This document shows positions 14,109-27,600 of a stretch of DNA of 64,000 bases, piece by piece. Origin of the DNA: Eledone cirrhosa. Taxonomy: Eukaryota. Location: the NCBI GenBank assembly GCA_964016885.1, contig OZ024743.1, positions 213,280,001 through 213,344,000 on the forward strand, written 5' to 3'. Within the stretch, counting starts at the first letter, position 1. Each line of letters opens with the position of its first letter. Under the pieces are notes generated by a model. The model had not been told where the DNA came from. It was given only the letters and a program-made list of their open reading frames with translations, and did not search any database. Position numbers and translations under genes: made by a program.

Positions 14109-14260
14109 AAGACAATGAGAAAGAGAGCTACATTTGCATTCGCCGGAGAAGGATTTCACACATACAGAAGCTTACAGAGACATTACTCACACGTATCCAG
14201 TCCTTACAAGCGCACACACAATGACACACTATGTAATTATGCACAGAAATGTACCATCTG

Positions 14261-14355
<95 letters not shown>

Positions 14356-14972
14356 GCACACACATACACAACGCCTTTTTATAAACACTACCTCACTTGC
14401 ACACAAAACGAATACATTCAAACATACAAAGTCATCGGCATATACTCACACAGTAACAATACATCACATTGCTCCAAGCACACACGATATACACACAAAG
14501 TAACCGAACACAAATATATACACATATACGACTTTTTCCAGTAACGCCACATATTTGAGCATTCATCATTTCCAAAATACCCACACCAAAGCATTCATAC
14601 GAGAGCACACACAAACACACACATGCTCACAAAAACACACAAGCTCACAAAAGCACACAAAAATCTTTTAAAAAATGACACACTTGAACCTACACTAAAT
14701 AACAACTCAATGACTGTTATCCCATAACGTACACACGTACACATAATTATTTTCACCTGAAAAGTTTCTTCTTCTCTCAGGCCAAAGGCAATCTTAGATT
14801 CCTATTTGACGTTAGTTTCCAGCATAGCTGCCTTTTTCCATACGTATTTCTCTCTCTCTGTTCCTCTGTTTTGTTTGCTTTCTTCATCTTTCAGTGTTTT
14901 CCCCACGGATGAATGACTAGCGGCCGAATCGTTAAAGTCATTTAAAATCTTTAAAGCGCTGTACGGTTATTG

Positions 14973-15059
<87 letters not shown>

Positions 15060-15184
15060 TGTAATAAAAAAAAAATATATATATATATATATATTTGTGT
15101 GTGTGTGTGTCTGTGTGTTTGTACGTATGTATGCATATACTTCTGGATTTGTTTTATAAATGTTCACCAAGAGAGAGAGCGAGA

Positions 15185-15226
<42 letters not shown>

Positions 15227-15227
<1 letters not shown>

Positions 15228-15575
15228 GGTTTCTAACATAGAAGCAAGACTGTTTCATTGGAATTTAGACAACATCAACTAGGTAAATACGTATGTATGT
15301 GTTAGTGTATATGTATATGCAGGTATGGATGTTATTTTATGTGTGGATCTGTATGTTTTGAATTATATGTGTACACGTTCATGGGTTTCTAATCCAAGAG
15401 AATCAATAATCACAGGTACAAATCTGAAAGCATAATCAGGCTGGAGTATCTGCAGCTTCCTAATTTGTTCAGCATAAAGTCCTCCTTCTCTGTATTGAAC
15501 TTCTGGATAGTGGCCCACAAAGAATATAGTTTCTCTGTGGTTCTAATTACGGTATCTAGGACTTTTGCTAGTCGA
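15227..15575 (-). mobile_element. 3' fragment of a restriction-like-endonuclease (RLE) non-LTR retrotransposon
   Basis: Minus strand with frameshifts: ...EKEDFYAEQIRKLQILQPDYAFRFVPVIIDSLG, resembling the RLE C-terminal motif K..KY..L...VPVIIGALG. The 3' end runs into (TC)n. Confidence 0.6.
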
Positions 15576-15821
15576 AGGGCCTCTAGCATGCAAAAGTGTA
15601 TGTATGTATGTATGTATGTATGTATGGAATTGACTCAGTGCACAGTTTTTCCCCACTTTAAAAACAATCTTCACGCGCAGGCATTGCACGATGGCATTAA
15701 TTGATAATTATTAATAATGTTATATTGTGCAATGGCCATACTCGATAACGAGGGGACAGCCATCATGTATATATGCATGTATGTATGTATGTATGTATGT
15801 ATCTATGTATGTGTGTATGTA

Positions 15822-16125
15822 TGATTAAGATGTTCGGCTCACTATCGTAAAGTCGTGATTTTGATTCTCGAACCAGGCAGCGTGTTGTGTTTTTGAGCTA
15901 GACACTTTATTTCACGTTGCTCCTGTTCACTTACTTGACAAAAATGAGTTCTACCTACAATTCAAGAGCCCAGATAGTGTCACGCTGAATATCCCTGAGA
16001 ACTACGTTAAGGATGTACGTGTCTGTAGAATGCCCAGCCACTCACACGTTAATTTCATGAGCAGGCAGTTCCGTTGATTGAATCAACTAGAGCACTCGCC
16101 GTCGTAAAACGTTGGTAGGTCTCCA

Positions 16126-16127
<2 letters not shown>
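15822..16127 (+). mobile_element. tRNA-derived SINE sharing the family B head and core, with a different body
   Basis: Shared core AGACACTTTATTTCACGTTGCTCC. Confidence 0.75.
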
Positions 16128-16204
<77 letters not shown>

Positions 16205-16859
16205 GGAGACCCACCAACGTTTTACGACGGCGAGTGCTCTAGTTAATTATATATATACACATTATGATTCATACACATAATATGTAAAGCAAAGCCAACC
16301 ACGAATTCAAGAAAACGTAAACTATAACCCTCCATTCGGTCTTATTTATCAAATCCAGACTCCTCAAGGAAGAGTTAAACCACGCACGTCCTTCAAAGGT
16401 TTGTCATAACCCCACCCTTGGCCAAAAATTCACCGACTTGCATCAGATACTGGTATGGGCATAATATGCATCATCAAATGGTAGTTTTGGTATAATAGTA
16501 ATAGTCTGCACCGATCACGACCTAATTACGGGTCTTGGAGCTCACGCATAACCAGTAAAATCATTACGAACTACCAACCCAATCCGCTTACAAACTTGAC
16601 CTGGTATTCTGACACAACGAAACTAATCCCATGCTCCCCTACCATAATCTGAACTTATCCAAACCACTCGAAACGCTGCAATCAGCCCTCAATTCATTCG
16701 AAACATTTAATCATCTAACGAAGCGACAAGCCTATTGGGTGACTTATATCTGTAACTCAATCGGCGAGCCTGATCACATAGGTATCTGTGAATACCTACT
16801 CGTTACTTCACGAGTTGTTAATTCGGCTGATCGAACAAACGAGTGTTCATCTTTGAAAC

Positions 16860-17233
16860 CGACGGAGAATCAATACTTTCCTCGGTGGTGGCAGTTACAG
16901 GACGTGCAGACCTTGGATAATCTTCAACACTCTCTCATCCCTCTTAAATTCAGCTGCCCACTTTTACACTGTTGATAAAACTGAAGCGTCACCCCCTTAT
17001 GTATCAACAATGTTGGCATGTATGTCCTTGGGGCTAAACTATTTCTCTGCAGGTACTTCACAATACCACGATGCCAAATTTTGTCCATTTTCAAGAGAAG
17101 TTGCCACAAGTTACATTTGAAGTCTTCTTTGAACAGTCAGATATTAGAGGAGTTGAAATTAATGCATGCAAGATTTCACAGCCCTAGCATCTCTCCTCCA
17201 TAGTCAGCCTATAAACCTTTAAGCCCACCCTAG
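16860..17233 (-). mobile_element. Mariner transposon 5' remnant (TIR plus transposase N-terminus)
   Basis: TA then CTAGGGTGGGCTTAAAGGTTTATAGGCTGAC; ATG at 17088 gives MDKIWHRGIVKYL...KWAAEFKR..EDYPRSARPVTATTEE (HTH and GRP-like motif), with stops and frameshifts. Confidence 0.8.
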
Positions 17234-17237
17234 TATA

Positions 17238-17389
17238 TCTTCTTCTTCTTCTTCTTCTTCTTCTTCTTCTTCTTCTTCTTCTTCTTCTTCTTCTTCTTCT
17301 TCTTCTTCTTCTTCTTCTTCTTCTTCTTCTTCTTCTTCTTCTTCTTCTTCTTCTTCTTCTTCTTCTTCTTCTTCTTCTTCTTCTTCTTC
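17238..17389. repeat. (TCT)n microsatellite
   Basis: Direct reading. Confidence 0.98.
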
Positions 17390-17965
17390 ATGACTATTGA
17401 AGATAGCGAGTTTGGCTTTTACACTCACCTCCTGATTACCGAATGCGCATTACTGCACCAGCTTCGGCAATTCCTGCACCAGCTTCGGCAATTCCTGCAA
17501 CTAACCATCATATCTGGTGGACCTATCGCTATCCACCATCTGTGACCCGTTCTCTAGCAGAACAGCCCTGTCGAGAACCCTCGTATATAACTTGTTAATA
17601 TTTATGAGGAATGCGTATCTATTTATGATTAAACACGTGTGAGTGTGTGACTGTGAGTTAGAGCAGGGAAATATATCTGTAATGATATGCAAATACTTGC
17701 AGTATATCAAACTGACCTGGCGTTATTGATTTGTATGATTGTGAAAGATATTTTAAGGTTTTGATACTTCCATTTCGTGCAACGCTATCAATGATTAAAT
17801 AGATATTCTACTGTACACACTTTCACATCACATCTACTTATACACACTGATATATTTATTCACAGGCCTGTATATTTTAGCGTATGTATATACATACTGC
17901 ATTCACGTGCGCATACACACACGTGCACAAGTATATATATATATAGTCTTCAAATTTATTATTAT

Positions 17966-18001
<36 letters not shown>

Positions 18002-18177
18002 GGAAAAAATGAAACGATATTTCATTTCCCACTCTTAGTACGGCTGTTACTTAAATATAAGTATATAGTAATAATAATAAATTTGAAGACTAAAATCCAA
18101 AGAGGGCTCGATAAGGATAAATATATATCAAATATATAAGAACCGTAGAGCAAATATTTATTAAAATAACAGATTAA

Positions 18178-18228
18178 AGTTTAAGCAAAGAATCGCTGCT
18201 TTCACCTTTAACGGGATCTTCTGAAACT
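18178..18228 (-). ncRNA. Degenerate type I hammerhead in the pseudo-LTR
   Basis: Minus strand: AGTTT-CAGAAGA-...-GAAA-GCA..TGC-TT-AAACT; core U4 changed to A. Confidence 0.6.
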
Positions 18229-19039
18229 AACAAAGTCAATCTGTGAACGCAGAAGTGAATATTTCAAAAAACATTGCAATCGGAGGAAGACAGGAAGACG
18301 ATACATTGGTTCGTGGAAAAGTTCCCTGGCAAAGAACGGGGAAAAACGAATATAATACGTCATTATTTGGAGCGGTGAAAAACAATTACACGCAAAGACA
18401 AAACCACGTTTATGGTATAAAAGAAGTCGTAGACTAATATTCTATTAAGTGGTTCATAGAGACGTTCTCAGGCAATGAACGGAAAAAAACGAAGATAATA
18501 CGTCATATGTGGAGCATGGAGAACAATTGCACGCAAAAACAAAACCACGTAAATGGTATAACTGAAGTCGTAGACTAAAGTTCTAACTAGGAAACCGAAT
18601 GATTCTCGGCTTCAGAGTTAAGAATAAAGTAAATAAAATACGTACATACACAAGCATACGCGAAAACACTCACCATAGGTATACAAATACACGCACATAT
18701 ATATGTGTGTGTGTGCGTGTATACAAATAATTAAATAAACATATAAATAAATAAATTCGTATATAACAAGCGCACACACATACCTACATGTAAATACACA
18801 TATGTTCGGGGACGTACGTCAATCAAAACACGAAGTACACATATACACACACCCTACATACGTACGAACCCGCATACTCACACAGACGCAAAACTCACGT
18901 ATACACATAACCAAAAGCATATGTACCAGAATATATAAAATATACGCCAAAACATATACAATCAAATATACGTACGAGAAAGTATACGTACCTTCACAAA
19001 ACATACAGGTAATATATACTTACCTATACAAATAAGTAA

Positions 19040-20075
19040 TGCTATAAACATAACATATACTTAGCTACCACATCAAAACGTAAAATATTAGGGTATAATG
19101 TGGGGCTGTAATACAGGAAAGTTTTGTGCAATTTATGTTTACAAGCCGAAATTGCCTCAGATTTTTTGTTTAAGATGTGGTCTGTGGTGTAGAGTATTTC
19201 TAGAGCCTCAGTGGGCAGAGGTCACATGGTCTTTTATTTCCGTTATGCGATCTAGCCCTAGCTAGGATCTCCCAGTGTAACTTATATTGGGTGTGGTTGT
19301 CTTTTAGACTCCAGATATAAGCTGAAAGTGACGTCACATTCCTTCTTAGAGGGTAACGAAAAGAATGGGTATGCATGTAAAGACGCTGCTTGAATCTATT
19401 GGCGGTCAACCCTATGTAGGCCCTACAGGACGTGGGTGTTTCAACCTTACATTTGTAGACAATGTTACCAGAGAGGCATTTCCCGGATAGGGGGCAGTCA
19501 ACCCGATTCCTACAATTACAGTTAGTACTAACTACAGGGTTGCACGTGTTCCTACGACTAGGTAGTTTAGCTAAATTTGAAGCTGTGATGTTATGTGCAA
19601 GGTTAGGAGTCGTAGAGTAAGGAATTTTAATAGTATTTCTATTAAAAATGTTACTATATTTATGCGTAGGGGGAAAATGCTTCGTAATAAGGGATAGAAA
19701 AATCTTAGCTAATGGTGTGGCCACCTCCATATTATATGGTGGGTTATACCATATAATTGTTTCTACTTTAGGCACAAGGCCAGCAATTATCCAGTGCATT
19801 ACTGGTACTTTATTTTATCGACCCCGTAAGGATGAAAGGCAAAGTCAACCTCGGCGGGATTTGAACTCAGATCATAAAGGGACGTAACTATGTTGGAAAG
19901 CATGGCGTCCGACCCTCTACCGATACTGCCAATCCACCGCCCTATACCATATAATGCGTCGGGATCTATTTCTTCTAGGTCTATTCTCGTACTCTGTATA
20001 TGCTACCTTATCGATAAATCCACTCCGAGCAAGAGCTTCATTGTAATATGTGGAATGGTCGTTGAAAATATGTTA
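19040..20075 (-). pseudogene. Penelope-like thumb/linker and GIY-YIG endonuclease remnant
   Basis: YNEALARSG...RRNRSRRIIWYNPPY...CNCRNRVDCPLSGKC...NIVYKC...AYIGLT..FKQRL...CDLC; frameshift near 19213; SINE at 19758-19942. Confidence 0.9.
19758..19942 (-). mobile_element. tRNA-derived SINE, family A, full length with 13-bp TSD
   Basis: TSD TATACCATATAAT at 19745-19757 and 19943-19955; B box GTTCAAATCC. Confidence 0.92.
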
Positions 20076-20084
20076 CATGTATAA

Positions 20085-23000
20085 GACCCAAAGTAGATAT
20101 TTGGTGGATACTTTATGGCCTAATTGACTTTGAACAAGACACTTTGATCTCAGTAGGAAAATCCTCCAGAGATATATTTAGTGGGACTAACGTCGAAATT
20201 CTGGTGCAGATGAGCCCAGAACGTATAATGAAAATCCCACAGAGAGTACCTCTGGATGGACAGACCTACTTAAACATTTCGGTTGAGGGTAGGCGGTCCA
20301 CATGTTACCACTGCGCAAGCAGAGGTCACCTAAGGGCTGCCTGTCTTCAATTGACAAAAAACCCCCACTTTTACCAACACCACAAATAACAACACAATCA
20401 CCACCACCACCACAACGACAAGAAAAAACAACAGAGAACACTATTCCACCCAACCTCTCCCCACCCAAAACAAATACAAAAAGACACACAGACACTACAG
20501 AACCCCAAAACATACCCCTACCCATCAACACGGATGAGGAACCCCTATCGACGGCACCCAGAGGCGATGAGGAGGAACCCTTTCAACCGGTGAAAAGAAT
20601 AAAAAGAAAGAACCGCATGAACAAAAACGAAATAAACACACACACACCAGCACAAACAGCACACAAATCACAAACAAAAGTTCCCCCTCCAGAAAACAAA
20701 ACACCCACAACAAAGAGAAAACACATGCAGGAACCACAGACAAAAACAAACACAACACAAGAAAAGTACACATACACTTACATAAACGAAGAAAATAGAA
20801 CACTGATGGAGACCATCAGAAACAACCCTTTGGTCAAAACCGAAAGGAAAACTTTGGATAGCTCCAACAAAAACAAAAAAATGAACCTAAAACTGATCAG
20901 GGTCCATATAGGAACTTATAGATCCCTAAAAGAAACATTTGTAGAGGACGTGGGGAATGCCTGCGTGAAACCAATCAACCGCGTCCTCTACAAAGGCCTC
21001 CCCACCACAGGCACCCCCACCCAAGTCATCCCCACCCCACCAGACACCCCTTCCCCACCAAATACCTCCGTCCCCACCCCGCCAGAAACCACCACCCCAC
21101 CCAACAACCCATCCCCCACCCTCATGGAAATTGTGCAGCCCGATACCCGTGACGCAGAGATGTAAGTGCCTTTTCTCTTCACCACCAACAGGGCAATGCT
21201 AAGAGTAGGCTGTTTAAATGCGCGTGGCCTGGGCTCAACTTGGAAGCAAGCAATGCTTCTAAATGACCTCAGCTCACAACGTATAGATGTGATGGTTATT
21301 TGCGAGGCCCGGATCAGCAACGTGCGACAGCTGGCCCCCACCTTTGATGATTTGAGATGCACGCATCTCTCTGTCAGCCCGGCGGTGGGGGTGGGGTTGT
21401 CGTTCTGCTGCAAAAACATCTGGGTCTCGCAACACAGATGGTACATTTGGACCCGGAGGGTCGACTAGTGGTTCTGGACCTTGGCAGTGGTGAAGGCGGA
21501 GCGTTTAGGTTGGTAGCCGCCTACGGCCCTTTGGGGTCAATGCGGCCGGACTTCTTCCATCGTCTGGGGACTTTTCTAGGGACGTCCCGCTCCTTGCTAT
21601 TAGTGGGGGACTGGAATGGTATCCTAGATGCACGCTGGGACTACGTAGGAGCCTGTCCCGATAGAGAGGGGTGTAATAGCCTCAAAGGGTTAATCGGTCG
21701 ATTTGACCTGGCCGATAGATATCCACTAGATTTTCCGACTGCGCCAACCTGGACTTGGGCAAATCGTAGTGGATCATCTACGTCGTACCTAGATATGTTC
21801 TTAGTTAGAATTAAGGATAAGGACTTTTTAAGTTGTCCAAAAATGCGCATGGTTGGCTATTCAGACCACAAGTTAGTGACCTGCATGGTCAACCTTGACA
21901 GAACGCATAGACAGGGACCCGGTTACTGGAGGCTCAACTTGTCCTTACCGGCAAGTAAGGCTTACAGGAACCGGATTAGCACTTTAGTTAAGGAGCGGTT
22001 GACGGGCGCCATCGTCAACAGCAGGTGGTGGGGATCTCTCAAAAGAGAGATTAGAGTAGGCTCTATAGAATTTAGTAAGGAGTTAGCCTCAAATAGAAAT
22101 AGGAAGGAAAGGGAGTTGGTAGATAGTGTAGAAGAGGCAATTAGAAGCGGCGACGTGGCCAGAGTAGTAGCGTCGAGAACGGCCCTGGGCCAGTTCTTCG
22201 ACGCGAAACACGAAGGCTGCATCGTCCGAAGCAAAATACGTGCTCTGGGAAACTAGGGGACCAAAGCTGTTAGCTGGGCCCGCGTGACAGAAGCCAAAAG
22301 AAGAAGTAGATCCACTATCCGGTCTTTGCGAGACCAGGATGGGCGGGTGATCCTTGAACCTAAGCAGATGTGCGAGGCTTTTCAAAAGCACTTTGCCAGA
22401 TTGTTCGGAAGAGGCGGGGAACCGGTTGGGGAAGTGGACTTCGGTCCATACCTCGACGGCCTGCCGCGTCTCTCGGTCAGGGAGGCGAAGTCCTGTGAGG
22501 AGCCGATTTCAGCCGCTGAGATAGAGGACGTGCTGAGCCAATGCGGCAAACGCAAATCCCCGGGTCTCGATGGTCTTCCATACGAATTATATCTAGCTAT
22601 GCCGGACTTGTTCCCCGATCTCCTCGAGGCGGTCTACTGCAACTGGCAATAGGACGGGAGAATTCCCTGTGCTATGACCAAGGGCGTAGTCACGCTAGTG
22701 AGGAAGGACGAGAACAAGGGGGACGATATAAATAATTTCAGGCCCATAACCCTGCTAAATACAGAGTTACAGATTTTGGCCGAGGTGCTAGCAAAGAGGT
22801 TGGCGCTTGTCGTGGGCAACCTGGTGGGAGATGCGCAGACATGTGTTATCCCGTCCAGGTCCATCTACGACAACCTCCACCTCATGCGATACATCATAGA
22901 GAGGGTTGGGAACGAACCCGGCTTTGGTGGGGCCCTGATCAACTTGGATCAATCTAAGGCGTTCGATAGGGTCGAACATGGTTACTTGGATGCGGTGCTA

Positions 23001-24680
23001 GCGACAGCAGGCTTCGGACCCGTTTTCAGGGGCTGGATCAATGCCATGCACAGCAGCCGCATCTGCTCTAGGGTCAAGGTGAACGGCTACCTCTCGGAGC
23101 CGTTCGAAATCGCACGGTCCATCCGACAAGGGTGCCCTCTCTCCTCCCTTTTGTATGTAATGACTCTAGAGCCACTGCTGCGGAAGTTGGAGTTGTTTCA
23201 GGGCATCCCGTTGGAACCGGGATTGCGGAAAGCGGTGTCAGCCTACGCCGATGACGTGACAGTAATGGTGTCGACGGCCTCGGAAATCGGGGCGATCGGC
23301 ACCTTACTGGAGGAGTACGAAAGGTTTACAGGGGCTAAGCTGAACCGGGACAAGTTGATCGGTCTGCAACTCGGCACGTGGAGGGGCAGATCGATGCCCT
23401 CCGATGGCGTCGTCGGGCGCTGGACGGAAGGCCCGGTGAAGTTGCTCGGGGTCTGGTTCGGACCAGACCTCCAGGTGGAGAAGAACTGGGGTGAGGTAAC
23501 GAACAGGGTGTTTGCACTGACCCAGAAGTGGGCCGAGTGCAAACTGTCCCTGAAAGGTCGGGCGGAGGTGACGAACACTTATATAGCGTCCGTCATCTAC
23601 TACCGCCTGACCCTTGTGCCTTGTCCAACGGAAACGCTCGCCAAAATGGAGCGCGCACTCTTCCAATTCCTTTGGAAGGAGCGGGCTTCTATGGTGAGGA
23701 GATCCATCTGCTGTCAACACCCTTCGAAAGGAGGGCTGGGGATGCCGTGGCTAATGATACGTAAACACGCATTAAGACTACGGCACCTCCAGGTATTCCT
23801 CACCGGTCAACCGGTGTGGGGCCCCGTTTGTGAGGCGAGCCTTTCCCAGACTCGTCTCACTCACCGAGCTGCAATCCTGGGTCAAGCAAAGACCGAGAAA
23901 ACTGGGCGCCTGGCACAAGTAAAATACGTGCAGTGCTACCGGGGGGCTCTGCCCGTTCGAGAAAAGCTCTACAGACACGGGAGCCCGGGCAGGGATCCCG
24001 CGAAAAAGATCTGTCCCAGATGCGTGCGCGACGAGGAAACCGTTGCGCACGCACTAGTACACTGCCCGGGCGTTGCCGATCTGTGGGGCTACGTCGAACG
24101 ACTGCTGTCGCGTGTGGCGCCGATTCGATTGGCCGCTGAGTCTGTGGTGAACATCAAGTCGCCTCCTCCCTTCAGAAATGAAGCAGAGGCGGTCTTTCTG
24201 TGCGTAGTAGCCATGATGAAAGAGGTTGTGTGGTGGACGCGCCTGAAAGGTCTGAGGTCGGGTGACTTTCTCTCCGGCCAACACCTGGTTTACTTCTTCC
24301 GATACCACTTCGGAAGAAGGATCAGGATGGAGAGAGAAGTGCTTGGCCCCAGACAGTTTTATGAAAGGTGGGTGAAAGAAGCGAGAATGGCTCGTGTAAA
24401 TGGGGCTTCTCTCTACATTGTTCTGTAAGTGAAGAAGTGAAGAGGAAAGGGGGAGCGCCTCCTCTCTGGGCTTCCTCCGCGAAAAGGGTTGCACACTTTT
24501 CGGGGGTATGTGCAATCCCCAATACGCCCCCTCCCTTTTGAGGACTTTTTATTATTATATTATTCTTATTGTTATGCCTTTTTCTTTACTCGCATTTATG
24601 TAAACGTCCCCCTGTGTATTTGTCCCTTTCTCTTGTGCCCTAGTGGCAAATAAATAAATGTATCTATCTATCTATCTATC
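20085..24680 (+). mobile_element. Tx1-like element, copy 2 (5'-truncated, decayed, chimeric 3' end)
   Basis: ORF1 with CYHCASRGHLRAAC knuckle; ORF2 with frameshifts and stops (22254, 22650); junction at 23918-23929; ends AATAAA...(TATC)5. Confidence 0.93.
21190..24428 (+). pseudogene. Disrupted Tx1-like ORF2 (APE-RT)
   Basis: Collinear with 5999-9436, multiple lesions. Confidence 0.9.
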
Positions 24681-27600
24681 TGGGATAGACACATGTGCTG
24701 AGCTCGATCGGTAAGTTTCGTTTAAATTTATCTGGAAATTGTGAACTGTAAACTTTCATTTTTGTACCATTTTGTTGAGAGACTGCCAGGTCAAATTTTG
24801 ATCTGGTCAGTCTCTCAAAATATTCTACGCCTTTAGGCGAAATAGTGTTGTTAAAATTTTATCTTTCGAAAAATTTCGAAAAATCCTATTTTGATAAAAA
24901 TGGCTGAAGCATCTTCACCAACATTCAAAGGAAGAAAGTGTAAGTCATACTCACAGCTCCCCCCTGCCACTGTCACAGCAGCAGATGCCAAAGGCAGAGG
25001 TCAGCCAGAGGAAGAATTTTCTTCACCTGTTGACCGACAACTTGATGTAGCCACAACTATAAAAGAAACTGAAAACAACAACAACAACGACAACAGCAGC
25101 AACAATAAAGACAACAAAAACAACAACAACACAAACGTCACAAGTATCCACACACCAAACGAGAAAGACAACAACAACAAAGATGAAAACAACTCAAACG
25201 ACGAGAAACAAAACAATACAAACACCAACAACTAAAACAAAATATCTTTTGCACAAACGGCTAAATTATCAGTCACTTATGTGCTTGAAGATATTTCAAA
25301 AGCCAAAGAAATGCTGGAAAAAGCCAAAAAATATGTATCTTTTGGCGAAAACGGTTCGTTTTCTATAAATTCACCTCCAGAACTAAAAAAACAGACGGAA
25401 TTACGAACTGTGGTATTCCGTACAATTTTAAATAAAACAAAAAAACCATCACAACCATCTCAAGCTGAAATTCAGTTAGTACTGAAAGCTGCGATGAAAG
25501 ACATCACTTTCATACAAAAGGATAAACTCTATGGGAGTTTATCCATATTGATGAAAGACGAATTGGCGGCGAAAAAATACTCTCTGTCGCCAATTCGTTC
25601 CACACACTACACCTTCTTCCCCACCTACATGGGTAAAATACCCCAGAGAATATGGATAACCACCATCACCCCAAACATAAACTACTGGTGGTTACTAACC
25701 GGTTTCCTCAATTTAGACGAGGACAACCTCATTTCAATAGGGAAGGCATCCGGCGACGCGTTCAGTGGAACGAGTATCGAAGTTCTGACACAAATAAGGC
25801 CAGAACGTATCGCCCAAATCCCTGAGCGCGTCATGCTGGATGACCGTACCCACCTCAACATTATTGTGGAGGGTAGGCGTCCCTCCTATTACCTCTGTGG
25901 CAATAGAGGTCACCTGAGGGCTGCCTGTCCCCAGCTCACACAGAAAAAAACACTGCTACCAACACCAACACCACCCCAACAACAACAACAACAAAAACAA
26001 CCACAACAACAACAAAAACCAACAACACTACCACCACCACCACCACAACAACAACAACAAAGACGTGAAAAAAAACAACACAGAATACTGTCCCACCCAA
26101 CCCCTCCCCACCCAAAACAAATACAAAAACACACACACCGCAAACACTACCAGAAAACATACCCCTCCCACCCAACAAGGAAGACGAACCCCTTTCGTCG
26201 CAAGACGAAAAAGATCCCTTCCAAACAGTAAAAAGAAAGAAGAGGAGGCGCACCACAGACACACTTGTTAACTTTAACCCTCCCCAAGAGAACATAAACT
26301 ATATACAAACCACCCCTCCCCGTCACACAACACTAACTGCTACACAAAAAAAAACTTTACAATATACATACACGAACACAGACAACAAAGAACTACTGAA
26401 AACAATTTCATCAAACCCTTCGGTCCAAACTGAAGGGCCTAACTTTATAGCTGCTGTGGGACTACCTCATTTAAAAAGGATTAAAGTCCCAATGAACTTT
26501 TATAAAACACTGAAAATAAATTTCACGGAGGACGCTTCGGACTCGTTTTCAGGGGCTGGATCACTGCTATGCACAGCAGCCGCATCTGCTCTAGGGTCAA
26601 GGTGAACGGCTACTTCTCGGAGCCATTCAAAATCGCGCGGTCCATCCGACAAGGGTGCCCTCTCTCCTCCCTTCTGTATGTGTTGACTCTCGAGCCACTA
26701 CTGCGGAAGTTGGAGTTGTTTCAGGGCATCCCGTTGGAACCGGGATTGCGGAAAGCGGTGTCGGCCTACGCCGATGACGTGACAGTAATGGTGTCGACGG
26801 CCTCCGAAATCGGAGCGATCGGCACCTTACTGGAGGAGTACGAAAGGTTCACAGGGGCTAAGCTGAACCGGGACAAGTCGATCGGTTTGCAACTCGGCAC
26901 GTGGAGGCGCAGACCGATGCCCTCCGATGGCTTCGTCGGACGCTGGATGGAGGGCCCAGTGAAGTTGCTCGAGGTCTTGTTTGGACCGGACCTCCAGGTG
27001 GAGAAGAACTGGGCGGAGGTTACGAACAGGGTGTTTGCACTGACCCAGAAGTGGGCCAGTTGCAAACTATCCCTGAAAGGTCGGGCGGAGGTGGCGAACA
27101 CCTATATAGCGTCCGTCATCTACTACCGCCTGACCGGAGTGCCCTGCCCAAGGGAAACCCTCACCAAGATGGAGCGCGCGTTCTTCCAATTCCTTTGGAA
27201 GAGGCGGGCTCCTATGGTGAGGAGATCCATCTGCTGTCAACACCCTTCGAAAGGAGGGCTGGGGATGCCGTGGCTAATTTTGCGTAAACACGCATTAAGG
27301 CTACGGCACCTCTACGTATTCCTCACCGGTCAACCGGTGTGGGCCTCGTTTGTGAGACGAACCTTTCCCAGACTCGTCTCACTCACCGAGCTGCAATCCT
27401 GGGTCAAGCAAAGACCGAGAAAACTGGGCGCCTGGCACACTGAGTGTGCCCAGGTGCTCACCGCCCTCTGGCAGGCGGATCCGGTTATCAGTGGAGACTC
27501 CACCGCAAAATTCTATAGAGGGCTGGTACGCAGCAGGTGCGACGACGCCCTCGGAGAAGCCCTAGACATGGAGGAAGACGAACTGGCCAGCCTGTTCGGT

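Larger units (their letters stand above)
17998..20080 (-). mobile_element. 5'-truncated Penelope-like element interrupted by a SINE
   Basis: GIY-YIG ORF remnant, 3'UTR with a ~105-bp tandem duplication (18333-18437 / 18477-18578), hammerhead and tail ending in (TA)n. Confidence 0.88.
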
